From the NCBI GenBank assembly GCA_964016885.1, contig CAXHJY010000872.1, positions 11,692 through 75,691 of the forward strand: 64,000 nt of DNA. The letters run 5' to 3'. A program made the translations under genes and the position numbers. Within the stretch, counting starts at the first letter, position 1, and every line of letters begins with the position of its first letter. Below are positions 60,828-64,000 of the stretch, piece by piece. The stretch is from Eledone cirrhosa. Lineage: Eukaryota. The notes beneath the pieces are model-generated. The model worked only from the letters and a program-made list of their open reading frames with translations, did no database searches and was not told the DNA's origin.

Positions 60828-60968
60828 CTGGTAATTTATTTTATTGACCCCGTAAGGATGAACGGTAAAGCTAACCTAGGCCTCATTTGAAATTAGAACG
60901 TAAAGGGGCGTAACTATATGCTGTAAAGAATGTTGTCCGATCCTCTCTACCGATACTGCCAATCTACC

Positions 60969-61005
<37 letters not shown>

Positions 61006-61380
61006 TGTTTCTACTTTTGGCACAATGCCAGCAAATAACCAGTACATTACTGGTACTTTATTGTATCGACCCCGTAAGGATGCAAGGCAAAGTTAACCTC
61101 GGCGGGATTTCAAAACAGAACGTAAGGGGCCATAACACTATACTGTAAAGCATGGTGTCTGACGCTCTACCGATACTGCAAATTCACCACATTATATAAT
61201 AATAATAATAATTGTTTCTACGTTAGGCACAAGGCCAGCAATTAACCAGTGTATTACTGGTACTTTATTTTATCGACCCCGTAAGGATGAAAGGCAAAGT
61301 TAACCTCGGCTAATGATAATAATAATAATGGTTTCTACGTTTGGTACAAGGCCAGCAATTACCCAGTGCATTACTGGTAT
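60828..61380 (-). mobile_element. Cluster of four same-orientation SINE-A copies/fragments separated by (TAA)n
   Basis: ~60828-60969, 61003-61190, 61210-61310, 61328-61380. Confidence 0.85.
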
Positions 61381-61402
61381 TTATAATAATAATAATAATA
61401 AT

Positions 61403-61566
61403 GGAACACTTTAAAAGGCATGCTTGCGGGGAAAAGCAAGAACCCTGCGATACGTCCTGAATATCTGAGGCTGCAGGTAGCGGCTTGATATTCATTTCAA
61501 CAAACTTTCCTGTTAAATAACATCAATGACTGAGACTCAAAGAACAATAATAATAATAATAATAAT
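61403..61566 (+). mobile_element. 3' stub of Dong/R4-type LINE in (TAA)n
   Basis: Matches ORF end and 3' UTR of 39119-39940. Confidence 0.85.
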
Positions 61567-61704
61567 AGTGGTGGCTGGGTGGTGCTGATGGAAGATTGAA
61601 AATATGGAATATTAATGAAGACAGAAAGTGTCCTTATGAAGGAATTATAAAAATGATATATATTTTCAACTATACTTTCCGTCAAAATTGAGAGGTATCG
61701 TACA

Positions 61705-64000
<2,296 letters not shown>

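Overview
A very AT-rich eukaryotic (animal) intergenic or intronic window with no recognisable host gene. Nearly all supplied ORFs are translations of (TA)n/(GA)n/(CA)n microsatellites. The repeat content resembles an octopus/coleoid cephalopod genome (from recall, not verified). Real coding remnants are all retroelements: two Tx1/L1-clade LINE copies, a Dong/R4-type LINE 3' part plus two 3' stubs in (TAA)n, a Penelope-like GIY-YIG C-terminal fragment and a possible RTE relic. There are also about 20 copies or fragments of a tRNA-derived SINE and two mariner-derived MITEs. The main hidden signal is an unusually dense set of type I hammerhead ribozyme (HHR) motifs, read by eye: about 20 intact or near-intact copies in at least 7 sequence families. 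They include a ~467-bp highly structured tandem repeat with one perfect HHR per unit (retrozyme-like), a dispersed family with covarying stems, and two unrelated HHRs with ~100-nt stem II and a shared C.A opposition at its base. Many occur as head-to-head inverted pairs with 3' ends running into (TA)n, suggesting a TA-microsatellite-targeted Penelope-like/retrozyme system. No folding, alignment or database search was run.
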